From positions 744,001 to 808,000 of the forward strand of contig JAQOWU010000001.1 of NCBI GenBank assembly GCA_030867685.1: a DNA stretch of 64,000 nt. Direction: 5' to 3'. The position numbers and the translations under genes were made by a program. The notes under the pieces are model-generated. The model saw nothing but the letters and a program-made list of their open reading frames with translations, did not search any database and was not told the origin of the DNA. Positions 22,425 through 34,311 of this stretch are shown here, piece by piece. This stretch comes from Wickerhamiella versatilis. Its lineage: Eukaryota. The stretch's first letter is position 1, and the number at the start of each line of letters is the position of its first letter.

Positions 22425-22442
22425 AATGGTGATGCCTTCATA

Positions 22443-23960
22443 ATGGCACATCGTGTGGCTATCATCGGTGCGGGACCAGCTGGAGCCATAGCTCTGGATA
22501 GTTTTCTAAAAGCTGGGTATAAAGATGTTACTCTGTTTGACAGACAACGGTCGGTTGGTGGGACTTGGTCGCTTGATGAGGACATAGGTTTCAAACCACA
22601 AGAGGATGTCCCAGGGATTGAGCGATTGGGATCCAAGGCGAATCCACCAATAGATATTCCAGCGGGAGTCGATGAGGCCTCTGAATCAGATCCATTGAGG
22701 ACCCATCAGGTTAACTATGGCACACGGTTCGAGGAGGCGAATCTCTATAGACAAGTAGAAACGAACGTTCTTGCCGAACTCATGAATTTTTCTGATAATC
22801 CATTTCCTGCTGTATACCCTGCCAAAACATATGAGCGATTTGGCGTGGATGACGCATTCCGAACCCAGGACGTTGTTCGGGCATATGTGCGAAATTATTA
22901 CGTCGGTAGAGAAAAATATCTGAGATTGAGAACGACTGTGGAGCGTGCTTATCAACCCAATGGAATTGGGAGTCCATGGAGGCTTATTCTGAGGCGCCGT
23001 GGTGCTGATGCTGACAAGGATGAATGGTGGTCCCAAGAATTTGACTTTTTGTACGCGGCTACTGGGAGATTCAATGTACCATATGTTCCTAATATTGAAG
23101 GCCTTAAGGATGCGGTCGACAGGTCTCCAAGAGGAACAATCACTCATACAAAAGTATTTCGAGAGCCGTCAGATTTCCAGAATAAGAGAGTTGTTGTGGT
23201 AGGAGCATCATTCAGTAATGTGGATGTTGTCCATCTGATTCATGATGCCGGGGCTCAATCACCGGTTCATGTAGCTCTTAATACTGTGCTTCCACCACTT
23301 CTTCCACATTTTGCGCAGCCTTGGATCGAAACTCACAGTAAAGTGAAAAAAGTTATATATGACTCCAACAAGGTGAAGTTAACGATTGTATTTGCCGACG
23401 ACTCAGTTGTGCACGATATAGACAAGTTAATTCTTGGCACCGGATACCAGTACACGTATCCATATCTTGAGGACTACGTGAATCAATTTGGAGGTATTGT
23501 TGACCAGGATGGACGAGGAACTCATAACCTCTACTGGTCAACATGGTGGAAATATGATCCATCTCTTGCAATTTCTTCGAATATTGTAGATGCTATATTT
23601 TGGCGCTTTATTGAGACCCAGGCTAAAGCCACGGCCAAACTCTGGCAACTTGACCGCGACGAATGGCCTACAGTTCGAGAGGCGGAAGAATGGGAAGAAA
23701 AACGTCGTAGTGAAACTCTTTTTAACTTTCATATTTGGTATCCCCAATTTGATAAGCTCATTAGGGGTATTGCAAATGTGGGGAAAATAAAATTTGGATC
23801 ACTGCCAGACTTTGCGCATCTTTATGAACAAGGTATCGCACTGAAAGCGAATTATAACTATAGGAGAGGTCAGAAAGAGTTGACTGATCACCCGGAGCTA
23901 CGAGATCGCTATGAGGCAACATTGAAGTATCTCAAGGAACACCAGGCTAAGCCGGTGTGA
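22443..23960 (+). CDS. Flavin-containing monooxygenase (class B FMO, fungal)
   Basis: IIGAGPAG (FAD), GGTW, ATGRFNVP, HTKVFR, VVVVGASFS (degenerate NADPH motif), LGTGY. Confidence 0.85.
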   Translation: MAHRVAIIGAGPAGAIALDSFLKAGYKDVTLFDRQRSVGGTWSLDEDIGFKPQEDVPGIERLGSKANPPIDIPAGVDEASESDPLRTHQVNYGTRFEEANLYRQVETNVLAELMNFSDNPFPAVYPAKTYERFGVDDAFRTQDVVRAYVRNYYVGREKYLRLRTTVERAYQPNGIGSPWRLILRRRGADADKDEWWSQEFDFLYAATGRFNVPYVPNIEGLKDAVDRSPRGTITHTKVFREPSDFQNKRVVVVGASFSNVDVVHLIHDAGAQSPVHVALNTVLPPLLPHFAQPWIETHSKVKKVIYDSNKVKLTIVFADDSVVHDIDKLILGTGYQYTYPYLEDYVNQFGGIVDQDGRGTHNLYWSTWWKYDPSLAISSNIVDAIFWRFIETQAKATAKLWQLDRDEWPTVREAEEWEEKRRSETLFNFHIWYPQFDKLIRGIANVGKIKFGSLPDFAHLYEQGIALKANYNYRRGQKELTDHPELRDRYEATLKYLKEHQAKPV

Positions 23961-24443
23961 TTAGAGCAACGGTAGTGGCTGGAAGTGATAACTCAATGTG
24001 CTAGGGACTTATCTTTCATTACGGTGACCTCCCGTTTACTTGCCGAGAATACGTGTGAGTCCAATAAAACAGTCATATATACGTTTACCATGCCATAGTT
24101 ACAAAAAAAAATTCCGTGCAGTCCAGGAATCTTTTAGGCTCCTTTGAATACGTATCACCGTAATAATTAGACAATATAAGACTCATCTCATCAGTGCGAT
24201 TATATAAGGCCGTTCGGTAGCAGTTATTCCAGCAGGGTAAGGTATGACATCTAATTTCTAAATTGGAGCAGCACTGTCGACTTTGGAAGAATTTCTCAGA
24301 AATATGCATTCCTTGATTCGAGTTCATTTAAGTCTCTTAGTAAATTCAATACGATCTTCTGCCTTTTTTTTTCCAGGATATTATTCTGGGAGTGAAACAA
24401 CAGCAAGAGTTTCTATGCCGATGAAAATTACTCAGCTTTCGTC

Positions 24444-25136
24444 ATGACTTGTCCGGTACCTCGTGTGATTTACATTCGCCACGGTGAGACAGAGTGGTCT
24501 AAGCAGGGCTTTTACACTTCAATCACTGATCTTCCACTTACAAGGGAAGGTGCAGAGCGAGTTGCAATGGATGGGAGGGCTGCGGTGGGTCCCGATAATC
24601 TAATACAACCAAACCGTGTTCGACACATATACGTGTCGCCTCGTTTACGCGCCAAGCAGACCAAAGACTTATTCTTGGCTGAAAAGGCATGGCAAATACC
24701 ACACTCTCGTGAGACGGTTGATGAGAGAGTCCGTGAATGGGATTATGGTGACTATGAGGGCTGGACTACAAAGCAAATAAACTCATTCCGGTCTGCTCAG
24801 GGAAACAATGAGCCTTTTAAAATCGTAGTCCATGGGTGTCCTGCTGGTGAGTCTCCTCAGGATATCGAGAAAAGACTTGATGACCTAATTGAGGACATTC
24901 GAGACACGCACAGAAGAGTCCTGGAAGGTGATGAGAATGATGGCGATATACTAATATTTGCACATGGACATATCCTACGTATGCTTGTGCATCGCTGGCT
25001 GCGAATCCCTTTGAGTGACTACTTCCCTCTAATTCTTCCTGCAGGCGGTGTTGGTATCTTGAGTTATGCTCATCGTAATCTGGATGAGCCTGCGATCGTG
25101 CTTGGTAGTTCATACATGCGTAACAACGCTAATTAA
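24444..25136 (+). CDS. SHB17: Histidine phosphatase, sedoheptulose-1,7-bisphosphatase-like
   Basis: IRHGETEWSK, TDLPLT, VSPRLRA, REWDYGDYEG, GCPAGES, FAHGHILR. Confidence 0.75.
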   Translation: MTCPVPRVIYIRHGETEWSKQGFYTSITDLPLTREGAERVAMDGRAAVGPDNLIQPNRVRHIYVSPRLRAKQTKDLFLAEKAWQIPHSRETVDERVREWDYGDYEGWTTKQINSFRSAQGNNEPFKIVVHGCPAGESPQDIEKRLDDLIEDIRDTHRRVLEGDENDGDILIFAHGHILRMLVHRWLRIPLSDYFPLILPAGGVGILSYAHRNLDEPAIVLGSSYMRNNAN

Positions 25137-25262
25137 AATCATTTTGAGCGTAAAAGTCTTTCAATATCGTCTTCCTAATCTGAGCCTGAACCTGCTGGCC
25201 CTGGCAATAAGTATCGCTATTAGACATATTGTATTATATACCTCAAAAAGCTAAATACATTT

Positions 25263-25625
25263 TTAGACTGGCTTGAAGGCGATCGCCTCTACCTCCACCT
25301 TAAAATCGCCTGCAAGAGCAGCGCCCATTGCAGTGCGTGCCGGTGGGTTGACACTGAAGTATTTACCGTACACCTCATTAAATCCACTGAAATCAGACAT
25401 GTTTGGAAGGATTGCAACACACTTAATTACATCAGTGAGTTTGCACCCAGCAAGTTCCAGGGCACTCACTAAGTTCTTCATGACTTGCTCAGTGTGTTCC
25501 TGGATTGTCGTGCCTACGATCTTGCCATCGACAACTGGAACTTGGCCTGAGATGTAAATGTAGTCACCTGCTCTCACAGCTGGAGAAAGAGGTACGTGTG
25601 AAGTGCCGTAATGAACTACTGACAT
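25263..25625 (-). CDS. RidA/YjgF family enamine/imine deaminase
   Basis: LSPAVRAGDYIYISGQVP, FNEVYGKYF, PPARTA, VEVEAIA. Confidence 0.9.
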   Translation of the reverse strand: MSVVHYGTSHVPLSPAVRAGDYIYISGQVPVVDGKIVGTTIQEHTEQVMKNLVSALELAGCKLTDVIKCVAILPNMSDFSGFNEVYGKYFSVNPPARTAMGAALAGDFKVEVEAIAFKPV

Positions 25626-26655
25626 GATTCGCTAACATGTAATCAGCGTATTAATTTATACTTAGATGTGCTTATGTAACAGGTCTTTCACATGGAGCAA
25701 CCTTCAGCGAACAACTATAATGCATACTAGGAGAATCACAGAAAGTAGGTAGAATTTCAAAATATCTTGTGTTATTCCAATTTAGGCTACAGTTTCTCTC
25801 ACAGGTCTGGTTATAATGCTTGGAATCCTCCTTCCCACCATGTCTTACTTTGTAGCCCCCCTGTCTCGCAGTTCTTATCTATTGATTTATAATCATATTG
25901 TAAGGCTGGTCTCTTGATGTAGGAACATGTAAACAGCAGATATATCTCTATTAGCTGATGCTGTTGTTTAATATTTCAGTATTCAGAGCAGAGTGCTCAA
26001 TATAATGGGTATGTAGGCACTCTTATTTAAAGTCACCTAAGTCACTTGTGCTGAAAATTCGGCCCGGCGATTAACATATTTTTCTCTGGTATGATATATA
26101 CTGTGTTGTCTAGTAGAGATATGAAGGGTTAAAGGTAAAAAAAAACAGTGAACAAAAGCTGCATACTACTAGGAATGAATTACGCTCTATTAAGAAAGAC
26201 GTTGTGATTTTACATAACCAAAGACACCCTACGGTTAGCGCGTGTAATCTGTTGAACTTTATGGCAATATTGTCTTGATTCCCTGATTTCTACCGCGACC
26301 AGTGACAAACATTCTAAGTCTACGGCTTACGGAAATTAATTCATTATGAGTAGCTCAGAATAGGTAGGTCTGTTGAAGCAGATAGGAACTGGTCCTCGAC
26401 ATTTCCATGTGGAAAGCGTCGGCAACGGAGCTACTTCGAAGAAGACTGTCAATAGCATTTAAAGACGAAGGGCTAGAAAAAAAAGCTCCTATATGTGGAG
26501 GCTGAATATATAGTCACGCATGGTTAGCCACTCCATATCTTTCCCCTATGTCATGTGATTTGGATTTGTCAAGACTTCCCTTTGACTGTGCGGTTCGCAG
26601 CCTAGCTTCGTCTGTAATTTGGCCGCACGACCTGAGGAGACAGGCGAATTACACA

Positions 26656-28080
26656 ATGGATATCAATGATGTGTCATTAAATGATATTCATGAACGCCAT
26701 TTTGGTATTGTTCCTGCGTTCTTTTTAATCCTTAATCGAATTATTGGAACTGGTATATTCAGCATACCTTCAGGTATATATGAGCTGACAGGAAGTATTG
26801 GCTGGAGTATATTGTTTTGGGTGCTAGGTGGTTGCCTAGCGGCAAGTGGATTCACAGTGTATCTTGAGTATGGATTAGAGATGCCCGAAAATGGGGCTGA
26901 AAAAAACTATCTCGAGCGTGTATACCGGCATCCCCAGCATCTTTTACTCACAATGTTCGTATTTTCTGCGGTATTCCTGACGCTTAGCTCCTCAAACTCT
27001 TATGCGTTTGGACTCTACTTGCAGTTGGGGTTTGGCTTTGAACCGACAGAGGAAGTTACGCGGTACATCGGTGCTCTGACTGTCATAGTGATTTGTGTTC
27101 TTCATGCCGTTTTTCCCCATGTCGGTCGCTCAGCTTCTAATCTATTCGGGGTTTGCAAACTTGCAATCCTGCTGCTGATTGCATTCTGTGTACCATTGAT
27201 CTATTTTGGAATTCTAAAGGTTCCAAATCGGCCCAATAACTTCGAAAATTTATTTAAAAATGATGGATTTGGTGGAAGTGCGTATGAAATAAGTGTGGCC
27301 TTACTCCGAGTATCTTTTAGTTATCGAGGCTGGGAAACGTGCAACATGGTTATGAAAGAAGTGCGGAATCCATCAAGAACGTTGAAAATTGCTGGAATAC
27401 TTGCTATTTCCACGATAACAGCCCTTTATACTTTTTGCTCTGTGGCATACTTTATGGTCGTGCAAAAGGATGAGATAATATCTTCTGGGGCTACTATCGC
27501 TGGAATATTTCTATTCAAGGTATTCGGGGAATCAGCCACAAGCCATTTGCTCCCAATGTTTATATGTTTATCCAATTTTGGCAATATTCTAGTCGTGTGT
27601 TATGCTGCATCGCGTGTTACCCAAGAGCTTGGCAAGCACAATATTATGCCATTTTCAAGATATATAAGCTCACAAGAACCCTGGAATACCCCGTTAGCGG
27701 GCCTGTTAATTCATGCAGTGATGAGCACAGTGACTATCTTGGCACCCCCGCCTGGTGAAGTTTACGAATTTATTGTTGATGTTTCGACCTATCCAGTTTC
27801 ACTCTTCGCGATGCTCGTGTCATTGGGACTTCTATACCTGCATGCCAACGCTAAAGCGGAAAACTGGAGGCCGCAACTCTATCGAGCTCCCAACGTATGT
27901 GTATTATTTTTCTCGCTTGCTAATATGGTAATGGTGATATTTCCTTGGGTCCCTCCCCCACATCCTATTAGTGGAGCACTCCCATATTTTGCTAGCCCTC
28001 TAGGCGCTGTCCTAACATTGGGTCTTGGCGCGATATACTGGGTTTATTGCCGCCAGACAGGACGTGTTCGCTCGTCTTAA
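26656..28080 (+). CDS. Amino-acid permease, LAT family (MUP1-like methionine permease)
   Basis: ILNRIIGTGIFSIP, GAEKNYLE, FSYRGWE, EVRNP, APPPG; likely start 26656 (alternative ATG 26548). Confidence 0.85.
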   Translation: MDINDVSLNDIHERHFGIVPAFFLILNRIIGTGIFSIPSGIYELTGSIGWSILFWVLGGCLAASGFTVYLEYGLEMPENGAEKNYLERVYRHPQHLLLTMFVFSAVFLTLSSSNSYAFGLYLQLGFGFEPTEEVTRYIGALTVIVICVLHAVFPHVGRSASNLFGVCKLAILLLIAFCVPLIYFGILKVPNRPNNFENLFKNDGFGGSAYEISVALLRVSFSYRGWETCNMVMKEVRNPSRTLKIAGILAISTITALYTFCSVAYFMVVQKDEIISSGATIAGIFLFKVFGESATSHLLPMFICLSNFGNILVVCYAASRVTQELGKHNIMPFSRYISSQEPWNTPLAGLLIHAVMSTVTILAPPPGEVYEFIVDVSTYPVSLFAMLVSLGLLYLHANAKAENWRPQLYRAPNVCVLFFSLANMVMVIFPWVPPPHPISGALPYFASPLGAVLTLGLGAIYWVYCRQTGRVRSS

Positions 28081-28564
28081 TTGTTAAGTTATTTGATTCT
28101 ATCCTTTATAAAACATATTTCACGCTAGTGCTGTTGATTCAACTTTCACGAAGCTTCTGGTTTTCGGATACAGAGATCCGCAGGCCGACCACGGATCACG
28201 CAGGATCACGCAATATCCTGCTGCATAACCCTTACATGCTTGATTAGGAATAATACTGGAGGATACAGTATAGCTTCCTACTCTACTCCATAAATATCAC
28301 CCAAACGCACAAATGCCCATAAATAGATGATTTTAGCTTCTCATGAAGCCGTTCAAGTGGGAGGGTTTCTCTTGTTTGGATGTCAAATAAAAAAGTGTCA
28401 CAGGGGTACGATGCCATTATTGTCTCTTTATACAGAGCACGAACCATATAGTGTACGTATAGAATAATGACAAACTTAACTACCACCTCGTCATTGAAAA
28501 CAAGGAAGAAAGCAATGAAAACCACTCATGATGCTGGCTTCAATATACTTGTTGAGCCACCGAC

Positions 28565-29744
28565 TCAAAAGAACTCGTTTGCAGAGGAGTCCTCTCCATC
28601 ATGGTATGATTTGTCGTAAATGAGACGGTATTTAGAAACAATCTTGTTAAGTGCTTCCTGAAGCATTTCCCAAGGGAATACCTTGATTTCTCGGACTATA
28701 TTCCGGGGCCGTGGGGGGGCAGAAACTCATGATGAGCCAGAAGAAGTCACCGTGCTCAACATTATGCTTCGAAATAGTCATGGGCTTGAATGCTTCCAAA
28801 TTCCTTCTTGTCCTGTTTTTCTCCTCAATACTTAGTTTGCGGCCAACAATGAATTCAAGAAGATTTATATAGTCAATGCTTGTGAAGTAATAGCTCTGGG
28901 TTGATTGATCAAGAATGCAGGATATAGCGACCATATCGGGGACCCACTCCTCTGGGTCGATAAACTTAAACTTTAGTCTTACCTCGGCATCATACTGTTC
29001 ACGAGTAAACCAAAGAATCCTGCGACTCGAAAACGCCTCTTTGTCAGTCCATCCGTCAATAGCGGAGGTTAAACTCCCCTCTAAATGCAAATGAACTGTC
29101 TTGGAAAGCTGGTTACCAGATGCGTTTGTTGGTTCTGAGGTCTCTCCTAGCTTGGCGTCTGTTAATTGCACAAACAACGGTGCTCCTAGTTGTTCCGAAT
29201 ATCTGGTTTGGTCGTTAGCTGGAGACTGGTTCTTAGGTATTTGAGACGCGGACTGTAACGAGCTGTTATTTTGGGATAAAGAGCTCTCCGAACCTCTTGA
29301 ACTGACGTTTAACTGACCTGACCGGTCACTGAACATCTGATATGACTCTGGTTGAATATCACCCTGCCCAGTGTATAACGACCCCGTCGAGCTAGTCATC
29401 TCGTTTTGCGGCATTTGCATATTCTGCAGTTCCGGCATGCCATAAGGATATTGAGACAAGTACGGTGTACCTGGAATATCCACGGGCGGTGCTGAGGAGG
29501 GGTAGCAGGAAGAAATACCCTGTAGAATGTCCATCAGTTCTGAAGAGCCTCCAATGCGTTCGCTAGGCCACTGTGATTGCTGACCTTCAGCATCATCGTC
29601 TGCCATACCGAGCATGCCAGTGGACGGTTGGCGTCTACTTTCGGGTGGCATGAAATGTGGGAACGCTGGGAAATATGACGAGCTACGTCCGAGCAGGTCA
29701 ATTTCCTCGTCTGTCCTTCCCTGCAATTGAGGAGTGGCTAGCAT
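28565..29744 (-). CDS. MedA/medusa-like fungal regulator domain protein with a one-base frameshift at G7 run 28713-28719 (pseudogene or assembly error)
   Basis: ISCI..YFTSIDYINLLE..EEKNRTRRNLEAFKPMTISK; removing one base gives FCPPRPRNIVREIKVFPWEMLQEALNKIVSKY, the expected conserved C-terminus, ending TGA at 28565. Confidence 0.75.
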
Positions 29745-31350
29745 CCAGTAATTCAGATTATGTACAAGAACTCAGATTTTTGGGTCACGTTTCTGACTTT
29801 TGCTCTGGCTGACGTCTACTACCCGAATATATCCGAGAGCACGTGACCACAGGCCCACCCTTGGAAAGCCCCTCCGCGGAGCATGATCAGGACCAGAATA
29901 CAGATATTTACCTAAGCAAACAACCAAAAGGTTTCTATGTAGAGTCTCATATCGGTAGTACGTTGTTTTTGCAGCTTTCTGGGCCGTGTGGTTTGATAGG
30001 AGATCTATAACCAGCATCGACCAGAAAAGTTCTGGGCACGGGTGGGCTTAGGGTATATACCCCGACGCGGTCGAAGCTTATGAACGACCCCTGGTATGTA
30101 GGCAGGACGTTAAGATCACAGGCCGGGCTGAGGCAATCAAATCCAAAGCCTCATTAAAAAAAGCCAAAGATCTTCAATTCGGTCATACGTCGTATTGGGG
30201 AATCTTACAACCCCGCCCAGCAATAAGCTGGAGAGATCAGTCTAATGCAACATTACATAATCATCTTCGTTCTTTCAGGAATCTAAGAATTAAGACGTTC
30301 ACAGTATTGAAATCTCACTGTATGAAGAGGATCTTGCATAATTTTCATAATATAAGCTGCTTTATTCGCTTATTTGGTTCTTCAAGCGGAGTATGTTGTT
30401 AGGGCAGGGGTTCATGTATCCTCCAACGTGAAGCTTATTGCCGAGAAAGCATTGGCAAGAAATTTCAGCGAGTTTCTTTTTGCTATAAGCCCTGCAAAAG
30501 CCACAATACTATCAGTCTAATACTTTTAATATATCTTTTTGCGGTTGCTCAGTCTTTGAACTTGCTTTCGACGGGTCCAGACTTGCCTTGCCCTAATATT
30601 TATCCATACCGATGCGAGATTAAAGACAAGCAACAAGATTAATAACAGTTTTGGTGGGTAGAAAGAGAAGTGACATGCAGAAATGTAACCCCGAAGTTGT
30701 TATTATACCACCCGTTATGCGTATATAGCGATTTGCTATTGACTATGCTGTGTCATCAGTCGCTCACATGAGATTTCTTCTGCATCTATTCGTATTTATG
30801 TTGCAATTAATAGAAAATTATTCCTTTTTTTTAGTGAATACACGTCTGAGATTCGTCATTAGCATGCGGGGTCACCATGAAAATTGCTGTCTCAAATGAC
30901 AAATGAACCCTTGCACAAGTGCGGCTTCTCCCCACTTCTCCTTGACCCATGGGGCAACGCAAGATAGCCGCCGCAGCGATGCAAATCGCCAGATAAAGAT
31001 ATGTGGTAATTAATAAAAGTTATTATTTTAATATTGATTAGAGACAGTCATTTCTGGTCAGGAAATATGTATAGTTGCCGTGAAATAGACAAGGAATTTA
31101 CCGCCTGATACAACCAAGATCATAAACATCTCTGTCTGTTACCAGGCCATCAACTCATTTTCGTTTAGATTTTTACGTCACTTGCGATCTTTAATATTTA
31201 CGTGGCATGTGTGGCATTTTTGGCATTCCCATGGTAATCATCAGGAATTCATTATCTTTTGATACGATTATGATTTCTATTACAGATTTTATTGCTTTCA
31301 TCGTAAAGGAGATCTTCGCATATTTTGCTGCAGCACCACTGCTACTCTTG

Positions 31351-31448
31351 TTATTATTATATTATTATTATTGATATTCTTACTATTGATATTATTATTC
31401 TTATTGTCAATATCATGATTACTACTATTATTACAACTATTATTATTA
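31351..31448. repeat. Degenerate (TAT/ATT)n microsatellite
   Basis: ttattattatattattattattgatattcttactattgatattattattc...tattattattaa. Confidence 0.8.
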
Positions 31449-31716
31449 AAAAACCAATCTCAAAAGCAGTGTGAAATTATAACGATAACTCCATTATCGT
31501 GCTTTTATAGAACAGTTTCCTGAAATATTAGGATTCGCTTGTCTAACCGATGGTCTAGATAGTTTTTTGCCGGGCTCTCCCAAGTGGCTTTTCAGAGTCG
31601 TTAGGTAACACATTACCAATAATTTGGACAACAGCGTCACAAGGGTACAGGTTCCCATGGGAAGACGAATCTGAACAATTCAAGATCAGAAGTAATTAGT
31701 AAAATTGACATATAAA

Positions 31717-32205
31717 TCACAGGGCCTTTTCAATGGCGTTTCTGAGTTTTGATGGATTCTTGAAAACCGACCAGCGTCCGATCACTTTACCATCACGGTC
31801 GACAAGAAACTTTTCGTAATTCCAAAAAATTCTCTTGCCTATTATACCAGATTTCTGGGATTTCAAAAAGCGATAAACTGGGTCTTGTTTGCTTCCATTA
31901 ACGTAGGTCTTACCCAGCACGGGGAAGGACACACCCCAATTCACAGAACAATACTCTGTGATGTTATCAGCAGTTCCAGGCTCTTGCCACAAAAACTGAT
32001 TGCATGGTACACCAATGACGACAAAATCCCGGTCTCTAAACTCACGATAAAGCGATTCGAGATGTTTGTACTGAGGGGCGAAGAGGCACTTTGACGCTAC
32101 ATTGACGATCAGCACAACCTTCCCCTTAAGGTCGCTGAAAGGGTACGGTTCACCTTTGGCATTTTTTGGAGCAAGGTCGTAAAACGCTTTCTTCTCGCCA
32201 GCCAT
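31717..32205 (-). CDS. Glutathione peroxidase-like thiol peroxidase (GPX/HYR1 family)
   Basis: GKVVLIVNVASKC, PCNQF..QEPG, WNYEKFLVDRDG. Confidence 0.9.
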   Translation of the reverse strand: MAGEKKAFYDLAPKNAKGEPYPFSDLKGKVVLIVNVASKCLFAPQYKHLESLYREFRDRDFVVIGVPCNQFLWQEPGTADNITEYCSVNWGVSFPVLGKTYVNGSKQDPVYRFLKSQKSGIIGKRIFWNYEKFLVDRDGKVIGRWSVFKNPSKLRNAIEKAL

Positions 32206-32513
32206 TTTGAGGTGACTAGTTGTTAATTACTCATCATTCTTTACCGCAGTATTTTATAAGCCGCACAAACGCAGATCAGTATATGTTATGCGACAGCGGA
32301 AGGACACTTTCCCTGATAGTAAGCATCTCTTATCTTAAAGAAAATCACATTGGTAGCAAATTTACCTGGAAATCTACGGTGAAATGACCAAAAATACTTA
32401 GACTGGGTGTAATACAGACACTATCTACCCTGGTAATCGGATTTACTGAAACAAATTATTAATTGATTTATGCCTAAGGTATGACATGAACGCTCTAGGA
32501 AAGCGCAGTGTAC

Positions 32514-34229
32514 TTACGAAGACATTAGGAAGGGGCCATAATCAAAACTAGCTGTCTGGGGTCCGAACTTCCTAAGCCCATCTGGTGCATCAAAGGCATC
32601 AAGATGGAGTTCTAGAAGAACCAGACCATCCCAGTCTGTGGCTTTTGCTAGATTATCCTTTAACTCACCTTCCGTAGTAATTGAAGCCGTGAAAACTTTC
32701 TCGGGATGGTCTGAGAATACCTGGGGCAACTGTGTGAATTTCCAGTTGGCAATATTGTTATACTTCGATTTCCAACCGAGAATATATCTTTCAATAGTGT
32801 ATCCTTTGTTATTGATAACAAATATGATGGGCTTTACCTCCTCCCTCAGGATTGTTGAAAACTCTTGTGCCGTCATCTGGAAGCTGCCATCACCAATGAA
32901 CAGTAAATGCCGTCGCTTGGGACTAGCAAGGGTTGTTCCGAGAACTGCTGGCAGAGTGTACCCGATAGAGCCCCAAATTCCCGAGCTGATATACGTCACA
33001 TTATCCGGCATGGGTTGTGATCCCAGACCGACACTGGATGTACCTGCTTCGGCAATTACCACGTCATTCTCCTGAATAAAGTGCGACGTCAACAAAGGCC
33101 ACAGTCTGCCGTGACACAAGGAGGAGCCAGCTTCGAACTCAATCTGTTCTGATTTGTTCGCAGTAGTGTTTGTCGAAATAGGGTCAAAATCAAAATTTTC
33201 CAATTCACGACTCAAATCAGTGGCTAACTGTCTAAGAAGCTGGCGTAGAGAGACGTTATAGTAAACCTCACGGCCACCAATGATGACAGCTGGACCGGTG
33301 AGTGAGATAGTGGTCTTAACGGGCAATTTTTGGGTGAACTCGCCTGAATTGACTTCCACAAAACGGGGTTCCGTTACAATAAGGCAATCAGAAGTTTCAA
33401 TACGCTCACGCAGTGCCTCTGACTTTGTAGCTTGGCCAGCATAAACGCCGAGCCACCTTGGGCCACTTTCATTTAATATAGACTTACCCGTGGAAAGTGC
33501 TGCGTAGGGAATATCGAGAGCCTTTGAGAGGTTCTCCAGCTCTGGTCCAAGATGGAATCTTTCTGCCTCCATATCGACTAGAATTGCAGGTCTATGTGAA
33601 TTTCGAATCATTTCGGCAATGCGATTGAAAGCATATTTGAGCTGTACAGGTTCACTGGCACCAACGGCCAATGCTTCCTCTGGATGAATTTCCGGTAGCT
33701 CTAAGGTCTTGAGGTAAGTAATATCTGAGGGTACCTGCATGTAAACAGGGCGTTTCTCCCTAAGACATACCCGAAGCGCACGATCAATATCCTCTGCAGC
33801 ATTGGCTGGATGTATCATGGCTTGAGCAGCAGTAAACTGCTGATAAACCAATAAGTTGTTCTCATAGTCTCCATTTGCTAGTGAGTGGTGTAGTAACATT
33901 CGACCTTCAGTTGCATAAAGGGGAGGGGCTCCATTGATGCAAATTACCGGCACATGTTCAGCTAAAGCCCCAGCAACACCATTTAAAGCACTTAATTCAC
34001 CAACTCCATATGTGGTCAAGATGGCAGCAATACCATTTAGGCGAGCATAACCGTCTCCGGCATAGGCCGCATTCAGCTCGTTGCATGTTCCTACAAATTC
34101 AATGCCATCAACATTATTCAGTTGCTCCAAAAGAGATAGATTGAAGTCGCCTGGAACTCCAAATACATGCTTTACACCTATTTGACGGAGGCGCTTCCAA
34201 AGAAAATCACCGATCGAGTCACTTGGCAT
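32514..34229 (-). CDS. TPP-dependent 2-keto-acid decarboxylase (PDC/IpdC/KdcA family), probably bacterial type
   Basis: FGVPGDFNL, CNELNAAYAGDGYAR, TTYGVGELSA, LHHSL, WGSIGY, IGDGSFQMTAQE, NNKGYTIER. Confidence 0.9.
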   Translation of the reverse strand: MPSDSIGDFLWKRLRQIGVKHVFGVPGDFNLSLLEQLNNVDGIEFVGTCNELNAAYAGDGYARLNGIAAILTTYGVGELSALNGVAGALAEHVPVICINGAPPLYATEGRMLLHHSLANGDYENNLLVYQQFTAAQAMIHPANAAEDIDRALRVCLREKRPVYMQVPSDITYLKTLELPEIHPEEALAVGASEPVQLKYAFNRIAEMIRNSHRPAILVDMEAERFHLGPELENLSKALDIPYAALSTGKSILNESGPRWLGVYAGQATKSEALRERIETSDCLIVTEPRFVEVNSGEFTQKLPVKTTISLTGPAVIIGGREVYYNVSLRQLLRQLATDLSRELENFDFDPISTNTTANKSEQIEFEAGSSLCHGRLWPLLTSHFIQENDVVIAEAGTSSVGLGSQPMPDNVTYISSGIWGSIGYTLPAVLGTTLASPKRRHLLFIGDGSFQMTAQEFSTILREEVKPIIFVINNKGYTIERYILGWKSKYNNIANWKFTQLPQVFSDHPEKVFTASITTEGELKDNLAKATDWDGLVLLELHLDAFDAPDGLRKFGPQTASFDYGPFLMSS

Positions 34230-34311
34230 TATGTTGATTAGTCACATAGTTTGATTCGATTTTTTACTGTGAATACACCATACCTCTATTATTAAGTGAG
34301 ATGTCTGGGTA

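Noticed and set aside
29772-31700. ncRNA, tRNA or LTR in the long intergenic region
   Set aside because: No cloverleaf, A/B boxes, terminal repeats or TG..CA LTR pair recognised; only a microsatellite
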